In this document: positions 21,674 through 30,878 of the stretch, piece after piece | How positions within the stretch are numbered: position 1 is the stretch's first letter | Layout: each line of letters starts with the position of its first letter | Sequence record: DRR723986_5359 | Length of the DNA stretch: 64,000 nucleotides | Reading direction: 5' to 3' (one strand) | Notes under the pieces: generated by a model | Told to the model about the DNA's origin: nothing | What the model saw: only the letters and a program-made list of their open reading frames with translations | Database searches by the model: none | Made by a program: the position numbers and the translations under genes

Positions 21674-24550
21674 ATGATTTTTAAAGACAGACATATTGGC
21701 CCAGATGCTATAGAGAAATCAGAAATGCTTGAAAAGATTGGTGTTTCTAACATTGATGAATTAATCAATAAAACTGTTCCCAATCAAATTAGACTGGCTC
21801 AACCGTTAAATCTTGCTCCGTCATTAACGGAGCATGAATACCTTTCAGATCTTAAAAAGAAGGCTGAAAAAAATACTTTAGTCAATAACTTTATTGGTCA
21901 AGGATACTACGGAACATTGGTGCCTCCGGTAAATCTTAGAAATATCTTTGAAAATCCAGGTTGGTATACAGCTTATACACCCTATCAAGCTGAAATTTCA
22001 CAAGGTCGTTTAGAAGCTTTGCTGAATTTCCAAACCATGGTAATGGACCTTACTTCAATGGATTTGGCAAATGCGTCATTGTTAGATGAAGGGACAGCTG
22101 CAGCAGAGGCCATGATCATGTTCTTTAATTCACGTTCACGTGATCAGAAAAAGAATGAAGTCAACAAGTTTTTTGTTGCGGATCATTGTTTTGATCAAAC
22201 CATTGATGTGGTTGTTGGTAGAGCTAAAAGCATGGGAATCGAAGTCGTTCTTGGAAACATGAATGATTTTGTTCCGTCAGAAGAATTCTTCGGAGCCTTA
22301 GTACAATTCCCAGATAAAACGGGAAAAGTTGTTGCTCTTGATAATTTTATATCTAGTGCTCAGGCGGCTGGAATCAAAGTAGGTGTTTCAACAGATTTAA
22401 TGGCCCTAGTTTTATTGAAAGGTCCAGGTCAATGGAATGCTGATGCAGTCTTTGGAAATTCACAACGTTTTGGTGTCCCTATGGGACTTGGAGGTCCTCA
22501 TGCTGCATTTTTCGCCACTAAAGAAGAGTATAAAAGAAACTTACCGGGTAGAATTATTGGCGTATCGAAGGATGTAGACGATAACTATGCCCTAAGAATG
22601 GCGTTACAAACAAGAGAACAACACATTAAAAGAGATAAAGCAACTTCAAATATTTGTACTGCACAGGCCTTATTGGCGGTAATGGCAGGGATGTATGCTG
22701 TTTATCATGGCCCTAAAGCTTTAAGAGAAATCGCAATTGACATTCATCAAAAAGCACTTTTTGTTGAGGGACAATTAAAGGGGCTTGGAGCAAGTTCATT
22801 GAATGATCAATATTTTGACACCATTCATGTTGCGATTCCAAATGGTGATGTAAATAAGCTGAAAGAAGCTGCCGCAGCTCGAAAAGTGAATTTGAATTAT
22901 TTTGAAGATGCTGTTTCAATTTCTTTGGATGAATCACACACGGAGGTAGAAATTGCTTCATTGATTAATGTTTTTGCTGATGTTAATGGAAAATCTGAAG
23001 TTAAAGTTGAAAAAGGAGCTTGGAAAGCTGAGAAGTGTCCATTAGGCAAAGAACTGCATAGAACTGATGCGATTTTAGCACATCCAGTATTCAATTCTCA
23101 TCATTCTGAAACAAAGATGATGCGCTATCAAAAGAGTTTAGAAAATAAAGATTTGTCTTTAGTTCACTCTATGATTTCGTTGGGATCATGTACCATGAAA
23201 TTGAATGCAGCGGCGGAATTAATGCCATTGTCATGGCCTGAATTTGCTAATATTCACCCATTTGCTCCAATGAGTCAATGGCAAGGATACAAAGAGATTT
23301 TTACTGAATTAGAAAATGATTTGTGCGAGATTACTGGCTTTGCAGGTATGTCATTGCAACCAAATTCTGGTGCTCAAGGAGAGTATGCAGGATTAATGGT
23401 GATCAAAGCTTACCATGAATCAAGGGGTGATTTCCATAGAAATATTTGTTTGATTCCGAGTTCAGCTCATGGGACGAATCCGGCATCAGCTGTGATGGCA
23501 GGGATGAAGGTAATTGTGACAGCTTGTGATGAGAACGGCAATGTTGATGTGGCTGATTTGAAGGCAAAAGCTGAAGAACATAAAGCTAACTTATCAGCAT
23601 TAATGATTACTTATCCATCCACTCACGGAGTATATGAATCAGCCATTATTGAGATTACTTCGATTATTCATGAAAACGGAGGTCAGGTCTATATGGATGG
23701 CGCCAACATGAATGCACAAGTGGGGTTAACCAATCCAGGAAATATTGGAGCAGATGTATGTCACTTGAATTTACATAAAACCTTTGCCATTCCTCATGGA
23801 GGGGGTGGACCGGGAATGGGACCTATTGGAGTTGCCAAACATCTTGTTCCGTTTTTACCAGGAAATCCTCATATGGAAGGTGTAGGAGGTGCCAATGCGA
23901 TTAATGCTATTTCTGCTGCGCCTTATGGTTCAGGATTAATCTTGCTAATTTCATACGGTTACATTAAAATGTTAGGAGCTGATGGATTGAAAGATTCAAC
24001 AGAAAATGCAATTTTAAATGCCAATTATTTAAGAACCCAATTATCAGGACATTTTGATGTTTTATATGCCGGAGAAAATGGAACGGTAGCACACGAGATG
24101 ATTGTGGATTGTCGTGACTTTAAAAAGTCTTCTGGTGTAGAAGTAGCAGATATTGCCAAACGATTAATTGATTATGGATTTCACGCACCAACAGTATCTT
24201 TTCCTGTAGCAGGAACCTTAATGATTGAACCAACCGAAAGCGAGGACAAAGCAGAACTTGATCGATTTATTGAAGCTATGATTAGCATCAGAGCCGAGAT
24301 AAATGACATTGCAAATAACGGATTAGATCAAGAAAATAATTTGTTAAAAAATGCGCCTCATACGGCTACTATTTTAACGGCAAATGAATGGAATTTCCCT
24401 TATTCAAGAGAAGCTGCGGCTTACCCTGTGTCGTACTTAAATTCAAGTAAATACTGGGTTCCGGTTAGAAGAGTAGACAACGCTTATGGTGATAGAAACT
24501 TGGTTTGTGCATGTTTACCTATTGAAGCTTATCTTGAAGAAACTGTTTAA
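21674..24550 (+). CDS. gcvP: glycine dehydrogenase (decarboxylating), P protein
   Basis: RHIG, YTPYQAEISQGRLE, HLNLHKTF.IPHGGGGPG. Confidence 0.97.
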   Translation: MIFKDRHIGPDAIEKSEMLEKIGVSNIDELINKTVPNQIRLAQPLNLAPSLTEHEYLSDLKKKAEKNTLVNNFIGQGYYGTLVPPVNLRNIFENPGWYTAYTPYQAEISQGRLEALLNFQTMVMDLTSMDLANASLLDEGTAAAEAMIMFFNSRSRDQKKNEVNKFFVADHCFDQTIDVVVGRAKSMGIEVVLGNMNDFVPSEEFFGALVQFPDKTGKVVALDNFISSAQAAGIKVGVSTDLMALVLLKGPGQWNADAVFGNSQRFGVPMGLGGPHAAFFATKEEYKRNLPGRIIGVSKDVDDNYALRMALQTREQHIKRDKATSNICTAQALLAVMAGMYAVYHGPKALREIAIDIHQKALFVEGQLKGLGASSLNDQYFDTIHVAIPNGDVNKLKEAAAARKVNLNYFEDAVSISLDESHTEVEIASLINVFADVNGKSEVKVEKGAWKAEKCPLGKELHRTDAILAHPVFNSHHSETKMMRYQKSLENKDLSLVHSMISLGSCTMKLNAAAELMPLSWPEFANIHPFAPMSQWQGYKEIFTELENDLCEITGFAGMSLQPNSGAQGEYAGLMVIKAYHESRGDFHRNICLIPSSAHGTNPASAVMAGMKVIVTACDENGNVDVADLKAKAEEHKANLSALMITYPSTHGVYESAIIEITSIIHENGGQVYMDGANMNAQVGLTNPGNIGADVCHLNLHKTFAIPHGGGGPGMGPIGVAKHLVPFLPGNPHMEGVGGANAINAISAAPYGSGLILLISYGYIKMLGADGLKDSTENAILNANYLRTQLSGHFDVLYAGENGTVAHEMIVDCRDFKKSSGVEVADIAKRLIDYGFHAPTVSFPVAGTLMIEPTESEDKAELDRFIEAMISIRAEINDIANNGLDQENNLLKNAPHTATILTANEWNFPYSREAAAYPVSYLNSSKYWVPVRRVDNAYGDRNLVCACLPIEAYLEETV

Positions 24551-24641
24551 GACTTGTATAAGATTACAAGTATGAAGGCCTAATTGCTTGCACTTGAACG
24601 ATTAAATTATTTATATTTACATCAAATTAATTAATAATATT

Positions 24642-26507
24642 ATGAAAAAAATCTACGTTTTACTAGGAGCACTTTTGTCGGCTGGCTGTATTCAAGCACA
24701 AAGCCCACAAATTCATGCTACTTATGATTTTCACCCAAATGCAAAATATGCACCAGGTGGAATCACTGTCATTCCATTGAGAGATGTTCAAGAAAATGAC
24801 GACAGAGCTGTACATTATTCAGAGAATTTTGATGCCGGTTTTGGTATCTGGACACCAGCTGTTCAAACAGGTCCTGCTCAATTCGCTTTGACAAGTACAG
24901 GTCACGCAAATAATACTGGAAATACTTTTATCATTCCAACATTGATGACATCAACTCCTACACAATGGGTATTGTTAGATTCAGATGCTGCTCCAGGTGC
25001 TGCATATACTAATCCTGAGAATGCAACATTAACTTCAGGGGTTATTGATTTAGCTGCTGCTGGTGTTGATATTTCTGCAGGTGATTATGTTGCTTTAGAG
25101 TTTGATCAGTTTTTTGCTGAATGGCAACCAACTACTGGTGAAACTGAAGATCACTTATACTTAGGTGTATCAAGTGATGGAACAAACTTTACTGAAGTTG
25201 AAATTTCTGAAGGTGCTGGTAGAGATGCTAGACCTAATCCAGAAAAAATTTCTTGGGATATTTCTGATGAGATTGATGGAACTGAAGCTACAGTTTATAT
25301 CAGATTCCGTTGGGAAGGTGCTTGGAACTATGGATGGCAAATTGATAACGTTGAAATCGTTGATATCCCAGAAAAAGATATCGCTATCGTAGATACTTGG
25401 AGAGGATATTCTGATGCTGGAATGACTTATTCTCAAGTTCCAGTTGCACACACAGATACAATTATCGTTGCTGCTATCATCAGAAACATTGGTCATATTG
25501 ATCAAACTGGTGTTGGTTTTGACTGGGTAGTTAAAGATCCTACGAATACTACTGTAGCTTCAGGAACTGCTGCTGCTGGTTTAACTCTACAAAATGCTGA
25601 GCAAGATACTATCTTATGGTCAACTGATTATGTTCCAACAATGTTAGGAAACTACACAATTGAATGGACAGCAACTTCTGCTGATGGAGATGATAACTTA
25701 GCAAATAATGACGTAACTGATGGTCATTATGAGATTACACAGTTTACTTATGCTACAGATTATAACGAAGGTTCTGTTGAGCCAATCGATAACTGGCCAT
25801 TATTAACTGGTGAGTCTTATTTCGGATCTTTATTTGATTTCCAAGCTGCTGATGAAATTTCAGGAATTGATTTCAAATTAACTTCTAATACGGTAAACGT
25901 TGGAGAAGAAATTCTTGCTTCAATCTATTATAATGACGGTACTCAATGGTTAGAGGCTTGGGGATTATCTACTCCTTATACTGTAACAGCTGGTGACATT
26001 GGTAATTGGGTTTCTATTCCAGTTACACAAGGTGGTAGCGGAGTAATCGTTAATAACAACGATTTATACTTGGTAATGGTAGGTCAATACGCTACTCCAT
26101 CTCAACCAATGTTCGAAAGACAAGGTGAAATCGCTGGATCTTTTATTCAAGGTAGAGATGAAAATGGTGATAACAGAGGGTTCTTTGATAGAAAAGCTCC
26201 TTTAGTTAGAGCTAGAGTAAATCCTGCTGAGGTTGGAATTGAGGACGTAGCTGCTGAAGATAAATTCGTAATTTATCCGAATCCTGCTAACGAAGCAATT
26301 AACATTTCAATTGCTTTAACAAATTCTGAAAATACTGTAGTTAACGTTGTTGATATTACTGGAAAAGTAATTACTACAATGAACTTAGGAACGTTCACAG
26401 GAGAGAAAAACTTCTCAGTTTCTTTAGAAGATCTTTCTACAGGAGTTTACTTTGTTGAAATGGTTAACGCTGATTCTAAACAAGTAAAGAAATTTGTAAA
26501 GAAATAA
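24642..26507 (+). CDS. T9SS type A sorting domain surface protein
   Basis: Signal peptide; acidic beta-rich body; CTD IYPNPA...GVYFV...KKFVKK. Confidence 0.88.
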   Translation: MKKIYVLLGALLSAGCIQAQSPQIHATYDFHPNAKYAPGGITVIPLRDVQENDDRAVHYSENFDAGFGIWTPAVQTGPAQFALTSTGHANNTGNTFIIPTLMTSTPTQWVLLDSDAAPGAAYTNPENATLTSGVIDLAAAGVDISAGDYVALEFDQFFAEWQPTTGETEDHLYLGVSSDGTNFTEVEISEGAGRDARPNPEKISWDISDEIDGTEATVYIRFRWEGAWNYGWQIDNVEIVDIPEKDIAIVDTWRGYSDAGMTYSQVPVAHTDTIIVAAIIRNIGHIDQTGVGFDWVVKDPTNTTVASGTAAAGLTLQNAEQDTILWSTDYVPTMLGNYTIEWTATSADGDDNLANNDVTDGHYEITQFTYATDYNEGSVEPIDNWPLLTGESYFGSLFDFQAADEISGIDFKLTSNTVNVGEEILASIYYNDGTQWLEAWGLSTPYTVTAGDIGNWVSIPVTQGGSGVIVNNNDLYLVMVGQYATPSQPMFERQGEIAGSFIQGRDENGDNRGFFDRKAPLVRARVNPAEVGIEDVAAEDKFVIYPNPANEAINISIALTNSENTVVNVVDITGKVITTMNLGTFTGEKNFSVSLEDLSTGVYFVEMVNADSKQVKKFVKK

Positions 26508-26529
26508 TAAGAAGATAAACTTCTATTTG

Positions 26530-26566
26530 AAATCCTGCTTTGGCTTTGCCAGGGCAGGATTTTTTT
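26530..26566. terminator. intrinsic terminator between convergent genes
   Basis: AAATCCTGCTTTGGC-TTT-GCCAGGGCAGGATTT followed by a T-run. Confidence 0.8.
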
Positions 26567-26930
26567 AATCTATTTGTTGAATTTGCCCAGCTTCTGATAT
26601 CTGGGCATTGATGCTATCTAAAGTGGCTTCGTAAATCAGATACATATTTTCTATATCAAAGGCATAATAAGCGTAGCTTTCCTCAAATTGTGCCTTGTCA
26701 ACGCCGTGATCTGTAAATACAATGGCCGAGGCCGAATCTAGCGCGCCGTGATATACATCAGGTCTAGAATAGGTTCTATGATAATGTGACTCTAGCAATT
26801 GTAAATCAATGATGATAGGAATGATAGCTTCTTGAGAGATAAGGTTATTTGGCTTTTCTGGGCCATTGTCTTTCACTTCTTGACTACAAGAAAACAAGCT
26901 TAAACTCAATATGAAGATGTACTTTTTAAT
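26565..26930 (-). CDS. DUF4296 lipoprotein (probable start ATT 26930; ORF track uses TTG 26909)
   Basis: KPNNLIS, F..SYAYY motifs; lipobox LFSC; downstream of pyrC as is typical. Confidence 0.8.
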   Translation of the reverse strand: MKKYIFILSLSLFSCSQEVKDNGPEKPNNLISQEAIIPIIIDLQLLESHYHRTYSRPDVYHGALDSASAIVFTDHGVDKAQFEESYAYYAFDIENMYLIYEATLDSINAQISEAGQIQQID

Positions 26931-26933
26931 GAC

Positions 26934-28274
26934 TTAGTTTTGTTCGTGAAACGTCATTCTCATTCCTGTATTGCCTTCTTGTACTTTTCCGTTAGTGTAA
27001 ACTATGTTTCCGTTTACGAAAGTAGTGTCAATAGCATGACTGAACATTGTTCCCTCAAATGGAGACCAACCGCATTTATACAGGATGTTTGATTTATTGA
27101 CTTCGTAGCTTTTGTTTGGGTTAACAATTACTAAATCTGCATAGTATCCTTCGCGGATGTAACCTCTATTGTCAATGTGGAAGCAATCTGCAACGGCGTG
27201 TGACATTTTTTCAACGGCACGTTCAATTGAGATTTTACCCTCTTTTACTTTTTCAAGAATGGCCAAAACGGCGTGCTGAACTAAAGGTCCACCAGAAGGT
27301 GCGTTAAAGTAAGTGTTCTCTTTTTCTTCTATGGTATGAGGAGCGTGATCGGTTGCTAACACATCAATGCGATTGTCATTTACGGCTTGCCAAATTGCTT
27401 CTCTATCTGCTGCAGTTTTTACTGCTGGATTCCATTTAATATAAGTGCCTTTTTCATCATAGTTTTCATCAGAAAACCATAAGTGATGCACACAAGCCTC
27501 TGCAGTAATTTTCTTTTCAGCTAGTGGAATGTCATTTCTAAAAAGGTCTAATTCTTTGGCTGTAGAGATATGTAGGATATGTAATCTTGTATCGAATTTT
27601 TTAGCCAATTCTACCGCCATAGAAGATGAAAGGTAGCAGGCCTCCTCACTTCTAATGATGGGATGATATTTTATTGGAACGTTTTCGCCGTATTCTTGTC
27701 TGAATTTCTCCATATTAGCACGAACAGTGGCCTCATCTTCACAATGTGTGGCAATTAGCATATCGCATTTTGAAAAAATGCCAGTCAGTGTTTGTTCATT
27801 ATCCACCAACATATTTCCTGTAGATGAGCCCATAAATATTTTGACTCCACAAACCGCTTTACGATCTGTTTTAAGCACTTCTTCAATGTTATCGTTAGAA
27901 GCACCCATGAAAAACGAATAATTGGCTATGGCAGACTTACTGGCAATATCATATTTGTCTTGCAACAATTCTTGTGTTAAGGCATTGGGTTTTGTATTCG
28001 GCATTTCCATAAAAGAGGTAATACCTCCAGCAACTGCTGCTCTAGATTCTGTTGCAATATTGGCTTTGTGCGTTAAACCTGGCTCTCTAAAGTGTACTTG
28101 ATCATCAATCATTCCAGGAATTAGCCATTTGCCTTGTAGATCAATTACGGTGGCTTGATCGTCAGAAATTGAATGGGCAATTTTTTCTATTCTACCGTTT
28201 TTGATCAAAAGATCTGATTCGAATTTTTTGCCTTCGTTAATTATAGTTGCATTTTTGAGTAAAGTACTTGCCAT
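26934..28274 (-). CDS. pyrC: dihydroorotase
   Basis: DDQVHFREPG, KIFMGSSTG, HCEDE, KWNP, ATDHAPH. Confidence 0.93.
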   Translation of the reverse strand: MASTLLKNATIINEGKKFESDLLIKNGRIEKIAHSISDDQATVIDLQGKWLIPGMIDDQVHFREPGLTHKANIATESRAAVAGGITSFMEMPNTKPNALTQELLQDKYDIASKSAIANYSFFMGASNDNIEEVLKTDRKAVCGVKIFMGSSTGNMLVDNEQTLTGIFSKCDMLIATHCEDEATVRANMEKFRQEYGENVPIKYHPIIRSEEACYLSSSMAVELAKKFDTRLHILHISTAKELDLFRNDIPLAEKKITAEACVHHLWFSDENYDEKGTYIKWNPAVKTAADREAIWQAVNDNRIDVLATDHAPHTIEEKENTYFNAPSGGPLVQHAVLAILEKVKEGKISIERAVEKMSHAVADCFHIDNRGYIREGYYADLVIVNPNKSYEVNKSNILYKCGWSPFEGTMFSHAIDTTFVNGNIVYTNGKVQEGNTGMRMTFHEQN

Positions 28275-28348
28275 TATTAGAGAATTTTAATGACACAAAA
28301 ATACAATTTTAAATTTCGAAAGCGGGCAAAAGAAGAAGTTTCGGCTTA

Positions 28349-28447
28349 GGGATTGAACAATTGTTTGAGCTCATATCGGCATAGCCGAGATAGCGAGTAG
28401 TGAAAGCCCGACCCTGATTATTTAAAGAAATGATTAGGGAAAGCTCC
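28349..28447 (+). ncRNA. structured intergenic element resembling the Flavo-1 RNA motif / Bacteroidota dispersed repeat
   Basis: GGGATTGAAC..TTGTTTGAGCTC-[TCGGC-ATA-GCCGA hairpin]-AGCGAGTAGTGAAAGCCC, then a CCCTGATTATTT/AAATGATTAGGG hairpin. Family assignment is from memory and unverified. Confidence 0.5.
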
Positions 28448-28452
28448 AAAAA

Positions 28453-29970
28453 TTAAAATTCGAAAGGCCCAATATCAGGTGTTCCGTTAATGGGATTGAA
28501 CAAATAGTCCGTCATGAGTCCAACATCAATTCCTGCATTGATAGCCGGTGAGCCGGTTTGCAACGAAAAGTCTTCGGTTGCTGGATTATTGAACAATGGG
28601 TCTGAAATTATATTATTGCTAAATACATTGCCTCCATTACCTGTTAATGCCTCAAAATCAGTCAAATTATAGTTAGTGTAGTCGTAGATAAAGTTTTCGC
28701 CTGAAGAGGGGTTGAAGATGATGTTATTAGTAAAAGTTGTGGTGCTCACTTCTTCGTCAGTTTGAAAGGCCGTTTTAACATTGTAAAAAATATTGTTGGC
28801 TACCAAATTGTCATGTACTTCATAGGTGGCTTCACTTTTAGATTTAAGGGCTCTAACGCCTTGGCCAGATGCATAATTGTAAACCAAGTTATTTACAATT
28901 TTATTGTCGTAGCATACTAAATCTTTACGTCCAGGGTTCCCAGATTTATTGATGATGCAATAAAAGTCAAATGCCCAGGGTTGTTCGGTTGCTGCAGAAA
29001 CTGTTAAGCCAAGCATTAAGTTATTGGCCACTGTATTTGAATTGCCATGCACATGAGAAGTCACAGATTGATTGCGCACAATGTTTCTTTGAAAAACATT
29101 GTTTTCACACAAATGATCGCCTCCCGAAATGTCAAGCGCGCGCATATAATCAATGTCTTTACATTCAAAAAGATTGTCTTCAACCAAGTTGTTGTTATTT
29201 TGTTTGAGATTTCGAATTTGTTTAATAGAAACGGCTGAATGAGCCCAAGCCTTGAACTCATTGTGATGAATGTGCCAATTTGATGCTCCGTCGTTTAAAT
29301 TGATGCCGTCTGTGCTTTGTCCATCACCTAAATTACCGGATAATCCGCTATAGATTAATGAGTTTTTTAAAACGCCAAAATCAGAACCGTCACCTTCTGA
29401 ATATTCTCCTGTTGCCAGAATGCCAGCATTTGAACGCTCGCCAATTCGACAACCATTGATCGTTACAAAATCAGAATTAGAAATACTCAAAGCAAACAAA
29501 CCGCCTTGGATATTTAAGTTTTGAAAAGTAATGTAATTGGCCAAGGTCAAGTATACTGTACTTTCATCTGAACTCCCCTTGCCATCTGAACTTTTAATTA
29601 CAGGTAAATGACCAGAACCATAATCAGAAAAGTAGATATTTTCTTGTGCAGATCCAGAGTTTTCAATTCTCAAAACGCCAAAGTGAATTTGACCTCTTTT
29701 AAACAGTACTTGGTCGCCGGGTTGTAAGTTTAATTCGTTGATCTGATCAATTTCTTTAAAAGCATCTGATTCTGATTTACCAGAATTGTTCTTTTTTCCT
29801 TTATCGGCATCTACATAATATTTTTGACCTGAAGTACTTGGAGCACTCGCTTCTATCAAGTAATTGGATTCATAAGTACTTAATTCACATTTGCCTTTTT
29901 TTAGACAGTCTTTTTTACAAGAGATAATGAAAAGAGGTAATAAGACAAGAATAATCAGTAGCTTTTTCAT
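28453..29970 (-). CDS. right-handed parallel beta-helix lipoprotein (polysaccharide lyase-like, choice-of-anchor Q-type C-terminus)
   Basis: Lipobox IISC; YYVD...L.PGDQVLFKRG; Asn-ladder repeats; DP.F...SPAINAG...PDIGPFE. Confidence 0.8.
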   Translation of the reverse strand: MKKLLIILVLLPLFIISCKKDCLKKGKCELSTYESNYLIEASAPSTSGQKYYVDADKGKKNNSGKSESDAFKEIDQINELNLQPGDQVLFKRGQIHFGVLRIENSGSAQENIYFSDYGSGHLPVIKSSDGKGSSDESTVYLTLANYITFQNLNIQGGLFALSISNSDFVTINGCRIGERSNAGILATGEYSEGDGSDFGVLKNSLIYSGLSGNLGDGQSTDGINLNDGASNWHIHHNEFKAWAHSAVSIKQIRNLKQNNNNLVEDNLFECKDIDYMRALDISGGDHLCENNVFQRNIVRNQSVTSHVHGNSNTVANNLMLGLTVSAATEQPWAFDFYCIINKSGNPGRKDLVCYDNKIVNNLVYNYASGQGVRALKSKSEATYEVHDNLVANNIFYNVKTAFQTDEEVSTTTFTNNIIFNPSSGENFIYDYTNYNLTDFEALTGNGGNVFSNNIISDPLFNNPATEDFSLQTGSPAINAGIDVGLMTDYLFNPINGTPDIGPFEF

Positions 29971-30029
29971 AGTTTGAATTTAAATCATACTGATTTAAAG
30001 TCGTTGGAAAAACTAAAACCCCTATTGGA

Positions 30030-30737
30030 TTAGAGTTTTAATCGTCTCATTTTCCAAACACCAAAAATGGCTTCTTTGAAAATGCCGGTGCTCATCTTTG
30101 ATGTACCAAATTCGCGATCTATAAATGTAATGGGCACTTCAACTACCTTGAAACCGTGTTTAATGGCAGCATATTTCATGCAAATTTGAAATGCATATCC
30201 TTTGAAGGTCACAGCATCAAAATTGATTTTTTCTAGAACTGTTCTGTGATAACACTTGAATCCGGCGGTAGTATCTCTGATGCCAATCCACAAAATCATG
30301 CGCACATACCACGAAGCAAAGTAAGAAAGCATTAAACGAGACCAAGGCCAGTTTGACACTTTACCTCCTTTAACATAACGCGATCCAACGGCTAATTGAG
30401 CTCCATTTTTACAGGCTTCTAATAATCGACTTAAGTCGTCAGGATTATGCGAAAAATCACAATCCATCTCAAATAAATATTCATAACCTCTTTCAAGGCC
30501 CCAGTTGAAGCCATGTAAATATGCAGTGCCCAATCCGAGCTTGCCTTGGCGCTCTTCAATGTGCAATCGGCCCTCAAATTCTGGTTGCAATTCTTTGACC
30601 TTATCGGCAGTGCCATCTGGTGAATTGTCTTCAACGATTAGTAAATCATAATTACCGTCAAGCGACATCACTTTACGCACCATCTTCTCAACATTCTCAA
30701 TTTCGTTGTAGGTTGGTATGATTACTAAGTTCTTCAT
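30030..30737 (-). CDS. polyprenol monophosphomannose synthase (GT2)
   Basis: IIPTYNE, DNSPDGT, GLGTAY, EMDCDFSH, DTTAGFKC. Confidence 0.9.
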   Translation of the reverse strand: MKNLVIIPTYNEIENVEKMVRKVMSLDGNYDLLIVEDNSPDGTADKVKELQPEFEGRLHIEERQGKLGLGTAYLHGFNWGLERGYEYLFEMDCDFSHNPDDLSRLLEACKNGAQLAVGSRYVKGGKVSNWPWSRLMLSYFASWYVRMILWIGIRDTTAGFKCYHRTVLEKINFDAVTFKGYAFQICMKYAAIKHGFKVVEVPITFIDREFGTSKMSTGIFKEAIFGVWKMRRLKL

Positions 30738-30878
30738 CTATTTATTCAGATTTGCTAAGATAAATTTTTTTACCTAAACCGTTTAGACATATTAGTCAAT
30801 GAATGCACATTTAACGTAATTTAAGTGATAAAATTCCCGAAGTTTGTAACAGAAGAGCTTTTTGAGGCTCAATGAATA

